Source: Heterodontus francisci (Eukaryota). From it: 64,000 nt of DNA. The translations under genes and the position numbers were made by a program. The notes under the pieces are model-generated. The model made no database searches, was not told the DNA's origin, and worked only from the letters and a program-made list of their open reading frames with translations. Below are positions 13,951 to 26,439 of the stretch, piece after piece; positions within the stretch are counted from its first letter, which is position 1, and every line of letters begins with the position of its first letter. The stretch covers positions 72,405,757 to 72,469,756 of the forward strand of contig NC_090380.1 in NCBI RefSeq assembly GCF_036365525.1, given 5' to 3'.

Positions 13951-14830
13951 CTCTCTCTTTGGCCTCCTTATCTCGAGCGACAATGGATAAGCACCTGGAG
14001 GTGGTCAGTGGTTTGTGAAGCAGCGCCTGGAGTGGCTATAAAGGCCAATTCTAGAGTGACAGGCTCTTCCACAGGTGCTGCAGAGAAATTTGTTTGTCGG
14101 GGCTGTTACACAGTTGGCTCTCCCCTTGTGCTTCTGTCTTTTTTCCTGCCAACTACTAAGTCTTTTCGACACGCCACACTTTGGCCCCGCCTTTATGGCT
14201 GCCCGCCAACTCTGGTGGACGCTGGCAACTGACTCCCACGACTTGTGATCAATGTCACAGGATTTCATGTCGCGTTTGCAGACGTCTTTAAAGCGGAGAC
14301 ATGGACGGCCGGTGGGTCTGATACCAATGACGAGCTCGCTGTACAATGTGTCTTTGGGGATCCTGCCATCTTCCATGCGGCTCACATGGCCAAGCCATCT
14401 CAAGCGCCGCTGACTCAGTAGTGTGTATAAGCTGGGGATGTTGGCCGCCTCGAGGACTTCTGTGTTGGAGATACGGTCCTGCCACCTGATGCCAAGTATT
14501 CTCCGGAGGCAGCGAAGATGGAATGAATTGAGACGTCGCTCTTGGCTGACATACGTTGTCCAGGCCTCGCTGCCACAGAGCAAGGTACTGAGGACACAGG
14601 CCTGATACACTCGGACTTTTGTGTTCCGTGTCAGTGTGCCATTTTCCCACACTCTTTTGGCCAGTCTGGACATAGCAGTGGAAGCCTTTCCCATGCGCTT
14701 GTTGATTTCTGCATCTAGAGACAGGTTACTGGTGATAGTTGAGCCTAGGTAGGTGAACTCTTGAACCACTTCCAGAGCGTGGTCGCCAATATTGATGGAT
14801 GGAGCATTTCTGACGTCCTGCCCCATGATG
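13951..14830 (-). mobile_element. 5'-truncated RTE-clade LINE, young copy
   Basis: Intact 273-aa C-terminal ORF (FTYLGS, LLxGSEAW, RWLGHV, C-x2-C...H...C end); 12-bp TSD TTGCCATGTCAT at 13939-13950 and 14831-14842. Confidence 0.93.
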
Positions 14831-16407
14831 TTGCCATGTCATAGCCTTATGTTATGTATACAAGCGGTGCAGATAATTGTTTCCAGTACAGTTCCTTCCC
14901 TAGGAAAAGACAAGCTTGAAGAGATCAGATTGACGACCATTCGCAATGATCATTAGTCCACTGTACTAACAATTTGAAGGAACATTCCACGATAGAGCTG
15001 CAAACTGGAATTACCTGAAATTTGTTTCTTAGTCATACTACAGGGGGAAAACCCCATCTTTTCTTTGTTTGTATTGGTATGAAGGGGAAGTGCAACAGTG
15101 TTGATGGCCATTAGAAATCATTACTTTATAATTCAATTATTTTCTCCACATTTGAGTCATGCCTCATCATAGCATTCTATAAATAAAAAATATCTGTTGT
15201 CATTTCCATATACCTACCATGGGTGTTACTGTCAGTTTTCCCTCCAATTTAACCCAGATATTCTCTCCTTACTGTGGATATTGGAGGGCTTCAGTTTGGA
15301 TTTGAAAAGGGCCTTAAACAGCTGCTATTGAAAATTGGAGTGGTTTTATTATCATTCTCTCTGATGACAGACACGTCCTGAGAGAGCTAAATCCTTCCAT
15401 TATCTTCAAGTGCATCAACTAAAGGCAACTGAGGACCTTTTGCTTTTCCTGAATGTCAGGAAAGTAAACTTTATTTCCATGTTATTATATTATTTCATTA
15501 TTTATGCATCAAGAGAGATCTGGCTACTGAGAGATATTTAGGATACAGTTTGGAATAAGAGGGTACTGGGGGTGGGGGGTGGGGGGGTGTGGTCTTCTGT
15601 TGAGGGAATGTATGCAAGATTAACATCAGCAATAACAAAGGCATAATTAAAAATCTTTCACAGAACAATGTACATAAATGGAATATGCAGGTGCCGTAGG
15701 AACATTGAAGTGGATCTAGAGAGGCTGACCCTTCCTATTATAGTCCTGGATACGCCCAGAAGCTGGTACAGTACATGTATTTAAGAGAGTTTGAGGGATT
15801 TATATAAATGTTAAACATAGCCATTGCCTGTTGATACTACCAGTGAAAGACACTGGAACCGTCTTGGGGAAGACATCCAGATATTCTCTATTAAAAAGCG
15901 TATCGTTCACAGTTGTTCACTTTGTAATCTTGTTCTTGGTTTTCAGTAAAGTGTAATAATAGGTATGTGAAATGTTTGTAGTATATCCTCTACATTGTGA
16001 AAAACATCCAGAAATTCAGTTATAGATTTTGTCCTTTCTGAAATTGGGTTGTGTCCCAAGCGAGTATTTTGAGCTGCATAACACCAGGGTAAAGTAATGA
16101 TGATTACAGAATTACACTAGAAGTATTGGCACAATAGTAAATTGTATTGGCTTGAAAGCAATTTTCATATAGCATATTGATATCAAAGTCACACACTGGT
16201 ATGACAACTCAAGTGAAGTTAACCCTTCATGTGGGCTAATTAGGAATGCTGTAGAAGGTGATCCCTTCAGAGAGCACAATGCACTCTCTAGACTCTGCCT
16301 GCAGTACTTTTAATAAAAGGTTGTTGCATAAAAAAAAAAGTCTCTTACTCTAACACATAGAGATATCAATTGAAGGATTTGGTTCAGTAACAATTTTTGT
16401 CTTGATT

Positions 16408-16470
16408 ACACTCCTGGGAAGCACCTTGGGACATTTTACTATGGTAAAGGCACTATATAGTTGCAAGTTT
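16408..16470 (+). mobile_element. L2-type 3' tail remnant
   Basis: 'ctcctgggaagcaccttgggacattttactatggtaaaggcactatatagttgcaagtt' resembles the L2 tail at 12209-12270. Confidence 0.7.
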
Positions 16471-16691
16471 TTGTAACACTTACTAATATAAATAGTGTAT
16501 ATCTATAAATTCATAATTATATTTCAAGCTTGTTATTTACTTAATGTAAATAAAATCTTTGTTCAATTTGAACAAAGATTTTATTTACATTAAGTAAATA
16601 ACAAGCTTGAAATATAATTATGAATTTATAGATATACACTATTTATATTAGTAAGTGTTACAAAAATTTGCAACTATATAGTGCCTTTACC
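16443..16691. repeat. Near-perfect 249-bp AT-rich palindrome
   Basis: Arms 16443-16566 and 16568-16691 (124 bp each) around a 1-nt centre at 16567; one mismatch (G16467/T16667). Confidence 0.97.
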
Positions 16692-19254
16692 TTGTAATAT
16701 ATGTAATTATTTACAGTTAAATATATAATTATCAAAATATTTTACATATACAATTGCATTCAGTGGCATTTATATATAATTAAATACGTGTCATCTGGTT
16801 TAATGTCAGCAATGACACTGAAGATCCACTAGTATTAATAATATTTTCATGACTAATCAAGAGCCATAAAGTGATATTCTAATAGGTTTGTGGGAACTTT
16901 TTGCTTGTTTCCACCTACTCTGCTCACCACTATGCAGAATGAAGACAACCCACAGAAGAAATAAGAGGGGAAAGAACTTTCATACACTCATAAAACAGTG
17001 AAATACTAAGGTGATATAATTAGACTTTTCTTGGTTACAATACATTTTCACACACTACGTTGTTGCCTACAGTATGCAAGATGCAACATTGTAGATAGTG
17101 AACGTTCCTTGGCTTATGAATAAGCTTTGTGATTGGCTCTGGGGAGCAGTGTCACTGTTTGTGTTCAACACCACACTTATTTGCAGAGTCAATAAACAGT
17201 GGGTTTCATTTTTGATACCAAAGCTTTATGAGGTACGCAAGTCAGTTGGAGTAAGGTATATGCGTGGTGCTTATATTATGTGGGGAATAATTCTGGCATG
17301 TTGACCAGCTGTTGGCAGTAGGCTAGAGATGTGGGCCCGATTTTTTTAAATCCCCAGATTTAGCTTGAATGAATACAATTGATTTTCTAATACTGGAATA
17401 GTTTGCATAATGCATCAAACCACGTTGATTGGGTGGGAATTGGATATTCATGCTACTACTTCAGTGCCTTGCACCGACTGGTTCAGCAGGTCTTAGAATT
17501 AACTCAGGCTCTTAGAAATGCTACATACTACAAATGATTTCTGCCGTGGGAATTAGAATCAGTTAAATGTTCATTGCATGAAATTGAGTTGACTGGTTGC
17601 TCTGATATACAACATCTGGCTGTAACTGTGAGGATAACCAGGAATCTACATATGTTTGGGTACGGGCGAATATTGGTGGGGGGGGGGGGGGGGGTCCCAT
17701 TATAGTCAACAGTGTATTGTGTCTGGTTCAGTTTTGTACTTGGTGATCTTTTTGATGTTCTGCAGTTTCTTTTTACTAGTTGCATTGGATTTCTGAACAA
17801 GGCCAGAAAATGAGAGGAGTTCGGATCCTCTCCGCCACATTCTCAAACATTCCAGTGTTCCTCTTGGCTCATTTTAAAAGGCAGCTATACCATTTTTGAC
17901 AAGTGCTAGTTCACTTCAGATATTGACTATTTCCATTCTCACCACAAGAATGTCAGGTGACTCATTTAGCAGTAAAGACCCTTCTGTTGCCATTGTCCTT
18001 AATCCACAATGCTTTTTTGGGCCTGGTTAGATTAGAAAAAGATTAACAAATGGTTAATTTATTGTTGATGTACCTATTGTGCTGTGACTATGTTATTTTG
18101 GCTATTTTCCACCTTCACATTTCCCATATCTCAAATGGTGGTCAGTATAAAGAGAGCTGTGGCTCATGCTGCAGACAAATGCAGAGTGTCCAGCTTTCTA
18201 AAGTACAGAGACCAAATATAAATTTGTGAGCTTGGATGTAGAAATATTAACTAAGGTTGACCAAGGTTTCTCCCATAGCACTTTTTTTTTTGCAAAGTGC
18301 ACCTTGCAGCAGAAGTTGAAAGTAAGATATATGAGTTCAATAAAAAAAGTAATATAAGAATCTTATTTTATTACGATGAACTGTATGAAGCATATCTAGA
18401 CCTAATCACTAACAGAACTGATTAGTATTATTAATCTTGCCAAAGACTGCAGTTGTAATTCTGCTCTGAAATTATTTTTAAACAATATGTATTATTTCTC
18501 TATGATTCTGTTTCTCCTGGTTCCCATACTGTGTCTCTTACTGTTAGAAGAGGTTACAAGCACTTAGACATTCAGTGGGAATACTGCACATGCTGCTATT
18601 AGATTCAGCCCTCCTTCCTCAGGTTGCCGTCTTATATATTGTGCCAGTAATTCCTGGCTTCTCAGTGTGACATCTTCCTTCCTGTCTTGTGTTGTTCAGC
18701 AAAAGAAAGCAAGAAGGTTTTATGGAACTATCCCAGCCAAAGATTAATGCTATCCCTAGAGTAATGGTCTTTCATTTGTGCTGTGAATATTAGAATGGTT
18801 CTTATTACCAAATAGAGTTTTGCAAGAGAAAACGCACCTGCAAATTCCAAAGCCAGGTGGACTCTGAAGAAAAAATAGAGGGATAAAGAAAAAAGTGGAG
18901 ATACAGAGGAAAAATACACTGATGTTGTTATACTGCACCGAAGGACAGTGTTGTCTCCATTTTTACACTGATGCAAATGATTTACATTCTCTGTTCAGTC
19001 AGTAAATTGGAAAAGGGAGTACTTCATACATATTATTCAAATGCATCCATAGTGTGCTAGTCAGTAGCCTCCCACTGGAATGTGAATTTAATGGTTTCAA
19101 AATAGCTGACTTGAGAGGACTTTTGGTCATTTAGATGTGAATAGTGATACAGTGAACCATCCAAATTTGTTTTCACTTTTATAAGCCTGCATTTCTTTTC
19201 ATTAAGGCTTCATACCAGTTGCTTTTATACTGCAGCCAATATGCAAACCTCATT

Positions 19255-19971
19255 GGCTGAGATTTTATCCTGGCAACGGGGGTCTCAACGTCCAGGAAAA
19301 GCGACACTGAGAACCCCGCGTCATCTATTCTGTGGGAGGCCTGTTGAACCTAGTGCCAATTAGGCACTTAAGTGGACAGCAGCAGGCTGTCCACAGGATC
19401 AAGGACTCCAGCAACCGAAGACCTGCCCTTGGCGAGCTGCCAGCCAATCAGAAGCTGGCAGCTCTTTCACTAAGCAGTGCCACCGTGGAGGTGGCGGTTG
19501 CTGCCAGTGGAGCAACTACCTGAGGACCAGGAGCATCGCTAGACCCAGGTCACAGGTAGGTCAGGGCAAGAGGGATCTCACTGGGGAGGGTGGATTTAGG
19601 GGGGGTCATTAGCAAGGGCAGGGGGGTAACTCTCCGTGGGCCTGCCTCTTCCCAATGCCAGGTCCCTTGTTTTAATGAGGGAACCTCCGCGGAGCCGGAA
19701 AGCAGCCCGCATGGTTTTTTGTGCCATGCTTCCCGTGCAGCGACTGGGCCACCTACTGCATGGCTAATTGCAGTGGGATGAGGCCCTTAATTGGGCATTA
19801 ATTGCCCAGTTAAGGGCCTCAATTGGCGGCAGGGCGGGAAGGCTGTTCACAGGCCTTCCCACCCCGGACTTAATTCTGGTGGAGGCAGGAAGGTGGCGGC
19901 GAACTTCCCACCCGATTTTATGCTCTCCTTGCCTCCAAACTCACAATAGGGGAGAGCATAAAATTCCACCC
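19255..19971. mobile_element. Non-autonomous PIF/Harbinger-like element, family A
   Basis: Ends GGCTGAGATTTT and AAAATTCCACCC; internal 'gccagccaatcagaagctggcagctc' and 'gaggcccttaattgg' motifs are shared with the other family A copies. Confidence 0.6.
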
Positions 19972-20049
19972 ATAGTGTTTTTTATGGCTAGAAAGTTGAT
20001 TGACAGACAGGAAATAACGACCAAGGAAAATTAGGTCAAAAGCAACATA

Positions 20050-20228
20050 CCAGTCATTGAGTATGTTTAAAGCAGGGATTGACAGATTTCTAAATACAAA
20101 TGACTTAAGGGGATGTGAGGATAGTGTGGGAAAAAGGCATTGAAGTGGAAGATCAACCATGATTGTATTGAATGGCGGGGCAGGCTTGATGGGCTGAGTG
20201 GTCTACTCCTGCTCCTACATTCCTACAC
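20050..20228 (+). mobile_element. CR1 3' tail
   Basis: 'gatcaaccatgattgtattgaatggcggggcaggcttgatgggctgagtggtctactcctgctccta'. Confidence 0.8.
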
Positions 20229-20234
20229 CAAGGA

Positions 20235-20348
20235 TTCTGGAAATCTGAAATACAAACAGAAAATGCTGGAAATACTCAGGTCAGGCAGCATCTGTGGAAA
20301 GAGAAACAGAATTAATGTTTCAGGTCAGTGACCTTTCATCAGAATCTG
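20235..20348 (-). mobile_element. Penelope-type terminal fragment with a minimal hammerhead-like motif
   Basis: Minus strand reads CAGATT CTGATGA A AGGTC ACT GACCT GAAA CA TT AATTCTG. Confidence 0.6.
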
Positions 20349-21291
20349 GCGAATTTAATGTGGAACCTGCTCCTCCCAGCTTCAGAATAAGGTAGGTAGA
20401 AAAATAAAACTTATGTTTTGGGTGGCAGTCTCCTGTGTGCTCTTTAAGAACCACTGGTTTAGCTACCAAGCACCTTAGAATACTTTCCGCAGCGTGCATG
20501 GGTAATGTTGCTCTCAGTTGCTAACAAATTTCAGAAAGGCAACCTGAAACATGCGTTAAGCGCCCAATTTGCACATGCCTGATGCCTGCTTCCTGCTTCA
20601 GGCATGGAACTGGATGTCTATGCAAGAGCCTTTACCAATGTGGAGGGTGGGGCACTGCTGTCACATACTGCCCACGAGGTGGCATACTTAAGCACCTGTT
20701 TTATGACTGTAAGATGGGCACAGCTCCAATGAATTACAAGGTCAGTGGGCCAAATAGGATCCTTTTTATAATTCCGATTGGTGATTGGATGGTTTCTTCC
20801 TTTAGTTACCATGTGATGCGACTCAATCACTGTACAATAATTGAAAAAATCAGTGTGTCGGAGCAACTATATTAGCAGAAACAGGATAATGAATGCAATT
20901 TAAAGCAGTTCTGAGAGGTGTGTGATAGATACAGCTTGCCACTTTTATCCATGTCTCTGTTTCTGACATGAGGTGATGCCTCAGATATGTGACTAACACA
21001 TGACTGACAATAGGACAGGCAAGCAACCTGTTTCCAGCTGTCTGCAGTGGGGCTCTAAACGTGCCCACTATGAAGTGAGCAAGATCATATGGCAGTGACC
21101 TTTCTCATCCTGTTTCCATGGAGAAACCCCATCTTTGTGCTGCACTTTGACAAGTGATATGACTAGGATTTTGGAACTTATGTATGACAATTCATTAGCG
21201 TGACTCCACATCCTACTCCACTCCATAACACAGCCTATGCTGTCTAGCTTTTATTTTTTTAAAGTTTATTGCAATATATACAGGGTTTGGC

Positions 21292-21378
21292 AAGTGAGTT
21301 GAGATCAGCCGTGACCTTACTCAATGGTGGAGCAGGCTCAAGGGGCTGTATGGCCTACTATTTCTTAGGTTCTTATGA
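21292..21378 (+). mobile_element. CR1 3' tail
   Basis: 'gatcagccgtgaccttactcaatggtggagcaggctcaaggggctgtatggcctact...ttcttatg'. Confidence 0.75.
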
Positions 21379-21564
21379 ATGCTGCATGATGATAAGCACA
21401 TTGTGACTCTCTGCATTTTGTCTTACTGTGTTTTAGAATTATTTATTGAAATTATGCTGGTGGTGCTATAAATGAAAAGGATGGTATATTGAAAGCGAAA
21501 GTTGATCTTCAATAAGATTCATCCAGCACTTTCCATTCTAATCAATGATGTTGTTTACATTGTT

Positions 21565-22785
21565 TTCCATTCATTCATGGGATGTGGGCGTCACTGGCCA
21601 GGCCAGCATTTATTGCCCATCCCTAATTGCCCTTGAGAAGGTGGTGGTGAGCTGCCTTCTTGAACCGCTGCAGTCCATGTGGGGTAGGTACACCCACAGT
21701 GCTGTTAGGAAGGGAGTTCCAGGATTTTGACCCAGCGACAGTGAAGGAACGGCGATATAGTTCCAAGTCAGGATGGTGTGGACTTGGAGGGGAACTTGCA
21801 GGTGGTGGTGTTCCCATGCATTTGCTGCCCTTGTCCTTCTAGTTGGTAGAGGTTGCGGGTTTGGAAGGTGCTGTCTAAGGAGCACTCAGTGCGTTGTTGC
21901 AGTGCATCTTGTACACACAGCTGCCACTGTGTGTTGGTGGTGGAGGGAGTGAATGTTTGTGGCTGGGGTGCCAATCAGGTGGGCTGCTTTGTTCTGGATG
22001 GTGTCGAGCTTCTTGAATGTTGTTGGAGCTGCACCCATCCAGGCAAGTGGAGAGTATTCCATCACACTCCTGACTTGTGCCTTGTAGATGGTGGACAGGC
22101 TTTGGGGAATCAGGAGGTGAGTTACTCGCCGCAGGAATACCAGCCTCTGACCTGCTCTTGTAGCCACGGTATTTATATGGCTACTCCAGTTCAAGTTCTG
22201 GTCAGTGGTAGCTCCTAGGATGTTGATAGTGGGGGATTCAGCGATGGTAATGCCATTGAATGTCAAGGGGAGATGGTTAGATTCTCTCTTGTTGGAGATG
22301 GTCATTGCCTGGCATTTGTGTGGCACGAATGTTACTTCTACTTATCAGCCCAAGCCTGGTTATTGTCCAGGTCTTGCTGCATTTCTACACGGACTGCTTC
22401 AGTATCTGAGCAGTCACGAATGGTGCTGAACACTGTGCAATCATCAGGGAACAGCCCCACTTCTGATGTTATGATTGAAGGAAGGTGGTTGATGAAGCAG
22501 CTGAAGATGGTTGGGCCTAGGACACTACCCTAAGGAACTCCTGCAGTGATGTCCTGGAGCTCAGATGATTGACCTCCAACAACCACAACCATCTTCCTTT
22601 GCGCTAGGTGTGACACCAACCAGCGGACAGTTTTCCCCCTGATACCCATTGACTTCAGTTTTGCTAGGGCTCCTTGATGCCATACTCGGTCAAATGCTGC
22701 CTCGATGTCAAGGGCAGTTACTCTCACCTCACCTCTTGAGTTCAGCTCTTTTGTCCATGTTTGAACCAAGGCTGTAATGAGGTCA
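21565..22785 (-). mobile_element. LINE family B (CR1/L2-group, clade uncertain), 5'-truncated
   Basis: RT ALDIEAAFDRVWHQG and AQVRSVMEYS segments; same 3' UTR as 29822-31043 and 36487-37489. Confidence 0.9.
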
Positions 22786-23930
22786 TGGACTTCCGGAAGG
22801 CATTTGATAAAATCCTTCATAAGAGACTGTTAGCTAAATTTGAAACCGATGGAATTGAAGCCAAATTATTGACCTGGTTATGAAATTGGCTGAGCTAATG
22901 GACAGTTACTCTAATTGGCAGGATGTAACTAGTGGTCTCCCACAAGGATCTGTGTTGGGGCCTCAACTATTCACTGTATTTATTAACAACTTAGATGATA
23001 GGATGGAACGCTGCATACCAAAATGGCCAATGAAACAAAGATAAGCAGCATTGTAAACAGGGTAGATGGAAGCATAAAATTACAATGAGATATTAACAGA
23101 TCAAGAACATGGACAAAACTGGAGCAAACTAATTTCAGTGTAGGCAAATGTGAGGTCTTCACTTTGGGCCTGAGAAGTATAGAACAGTGTACTTTCTAAA
23201 TGGTGAAAAGCTAGAAACCTTAGAGGTCCAAAGAGACTTGGGGGTCCAGATACATAGATCATTAAAATGTCATGCCAGGTACAGAAAAGAATCAAAAGGA
23301 TAATGGAATGTTGGGCTTTATATCTAGAGGACTAGAATACAAGGGGGTAGAAGTCATTCTTTAGCTACGTAGAGTCCTGGTTAGATCACATCTGGAGAAC
23401 TATGAGCAGTTCTAGAAACCACACCTTAGGAAAGATATATTGATCTTGGAGGGAGCACAGTGTAGGTTTACCAGAATGACACCTAAACTCAAAGGGTTAA
23501 ATTATGAGGCGAGACAAACTCGGGTTGTATTCCCTGGAATTTAGAAGGTTGAGGAGTGATTTGATCGAAGTTTTCAAGATATTAAGGGGAACAGATAAGG
23601 TAGATAGAGAGAAACTATTTCCACTAGCTGGGAATCTGGGACTAGGGGACATAGTCTAAAAATTAGAGCCAGACCTTTCAGGAGTGAAACTAGGAAACAC
23701 TTGTACACACAAAAGGTGGTTGAAGTTTGGAACTCTTCTCCACAAATGGCAATTAATGTTAAATCAGTTGTAAATTTTAAAACTGAGATTGATAGGTTTT
23801 GTTATCCAAAGGTATTAAGGGATTTGGGGAAAAGGCGGGTTCTTGGAGTTAGGTTTCAGATTATCCATGATTTCATTGAATGGTTGAACAGGCTCAACAG
23901 GCTAAATTGCCTACTCCTGTTCCTATGTAA
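22786..23930 (+). mobile_element. Degraded 5'-truncated CR1 LINE
   Basis: [20 protein letters not shown] and YTQKVVEVWNS remnants; CR1 tail 'cctactcctgttcctatg'. Confidence 0.85.
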
Positions 23931-23937
23931 TGTTAAG

Positions 23938-24435
23938 TACTCATTCATGCCTTTTGTTATCTCCAGACTTGACAATTCCAATGCAGTCCTAGCTGGCTTC
24001 CCACATTCTACCTTCTGCAATCTTGAGGCCTTCCAAAACTCTGCTGCCCGAACTCTTACTTGCACCAAGTCCCATTCAGCTGTCATCCCTGTGCTCACTG
24101 GCATATACATTGGCTCCCAGTTGAGCAGCGCCTTGATTTTAAAATTCTCATCCTTGTTTCTCGCCCCTCCCTATCTCTGTAATCTCCTTCAGCCCCACAA
24201 TCTATGAGATATCTGCACTCATCTAATTCTGGCCTCTTGACCATCCCGGTTTTCATTGTTCCACCATTATTGGCTGTGCCTTCAACTACCGAGGCTCTGA
24301 GCTCTGGAATTCCCTCCCTAAACCTCTGACTCTCCACCTCTCTTTCTTCCTTTAAAACACTCCTTAAAACCTAATTCTTTGACCAAGTGTTTGGCTATAT
24401 GCCCTACTATCACCTTATGTGGCCTGGTGTCTAAT
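23938..24435 (+). mobile_element. L2 LINE 3' fragment
   Basis: SRLDNSNAVLAG...QNSAARTLT and 'ctctggaattccctccct...ctttaaaacactccttaaaacc'. Confidence 0.8.
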
Positions 24436-26439
24436 TTTGCTTTTGTTTTATTAAGTTAAACGTGGGGGTAAGTAAGCATGTTAGGCTTTTTTGCTTTAAC
24501 AGTAAATTATTTTTTAGAAGTAACATTAAAATAAGACAAAATCAGCAAAATATTCTTTGTGGTTATGTCTAATGTATATCATATCGAAATGTATATTAAT
24601 AATTAAAAAGCTGAGACTTGACCTTCACTGTGACATTTTTATCATTTTATCAATAGTCTAAAATTATGCAATTATTTGAAGTTGACTGAGCATAAAAGTT
24701 TTTTGAAAAAAAAATTCTGCTCACTCAAAGTGCGCAGTGTGCATCTTTTTGCTGCATGTACAATGTATTATATAACCGTTTTGTCCTCACTCAGAATAAA
24801 TGTTTTGTCCAAAGGAAATGTGAGGTCAAAGGGTTGTTAAAATTCTAGAGGCCTTCATGTGGTTGGATTCATTTCTGTGAAAATTATTTGTATAGAGGTA
24901 TGGCCTTCCTGAAAGCATTATGCATTTAGGTAGCAGAGTCCATTCTCCTAGTGCCTCGGTGTTGTAAAGGTGTTCATGGCAACTTCTCACCTCAAAATTG
25001 ATTTGGTTATTTTATCAACACTGTTTGAGTACACATAATAATTGCAAAGAACCAAGGTACAATTTACTCATCACATTGAAGTGCTTATTTCAGTTAAGTT
25101 CACAATATAACAATAGAAAATGGCAAAAATTAAGCAGAATGATTCATGTCGTTGTGTAAAATGAGGACACATGGAAAGTATGGTAATCATAAATAACACA
25201 TCACAATATGTATCTTACTCCCATTTCAATTTGTTTTATTTGCTGTGGTTGCCCTTACCTAGATGCCAAGGCCAAAACATTGAGGGATTCTGAATTATAA
25301 ATTTCATTTAGCCCCACCATCTAATATTCTGTTAAATATAATACCAGAATCTCTGATATAATGCACGACATATTCTTCATACTAGAATAGTCACTCTTTA
25401 TTGTAGACCTTTTAAAGTGCTCCTATATTGGACCTTGCTCAGTGTGGATCTTACATGGTGCCAGGTTTCTGAGTTTACTTTTTATAACTGGCTTCCTTAT
25501 CCCAAAAACAAAATTGTAGACCTGTTTTTGTGGATTAGAATAAGGGGGCTGGTTTTAGCAGTGTAAATAGTTGGGGGGGTTGGGGATAGGGGGATGGGTG
25601 GCAGTAGGACAAGACAAATGTATGAATACTATTTTTCACACAGTCCAACCAAAAACCTTCTGTATAATGGCAGGTTCACTGCAACATGGTAGAGCTCAAC
25701 TAGCAAGGCACAATAGTCATGTCTGCAGATATCATTAAAATAATTTGGCACTCAATTTCCTTAGACTTTCTGCTGCTTTGTTGCACTTTTGACAAAGTTA
25801 CCATGGAGCAGCAGCAGAATATCCAAGGAAATTCAGAGCCTGTGGGCTCAGAATTTAACCACGGTGCCTCGCAGAAACTCTTCCATCGTACAAGTGTGGG
25901 AAGCGTCATGGACCACGTGGCTTCGGGCAACTGGAGTGCCACATGCAGATATGTCCCCTATGTGCGCCCAAAGAGGCTGAATGAGTCAGATCATGATGTC
26001 ACACACATCAACGGGTTGATGCAAAGCATGAATACTAAAATTGGCCAATGAATATGAAGGGGACCCCTTCCTTATTCACTCCCAAAACAACAAGTGGTAA
26101 TGCCAGAACAGGGACCATCTTGCTTGCTATTTAAAGGCTACCCAACAAGTTGCAGCTGAGGTGCTCTTGACTTATACGTGCTCAGGCAAAGTTGGTGGAA
26201 GCACTGTGGTGGATTGCTGAAGGAATTTGAAGGTTTCTCCTGACCACAGAAAGGCTGAGAGAATTACATACCCTTGCATGAGTATGGGAACAGCAGTTGC
26301 CATGCCGCTTGGTTTGGAGCATGAGCAGGACTTGCAGAGGAGGAGACAGAAAGGGAAAGCTCTGTGAGGAGGGAGGAGAAGGAGGACACTCCTTCAAAGG
26401 CTGTACTCCGAGAGGGTCTTCTGGGAGCATCGCTGCTAC

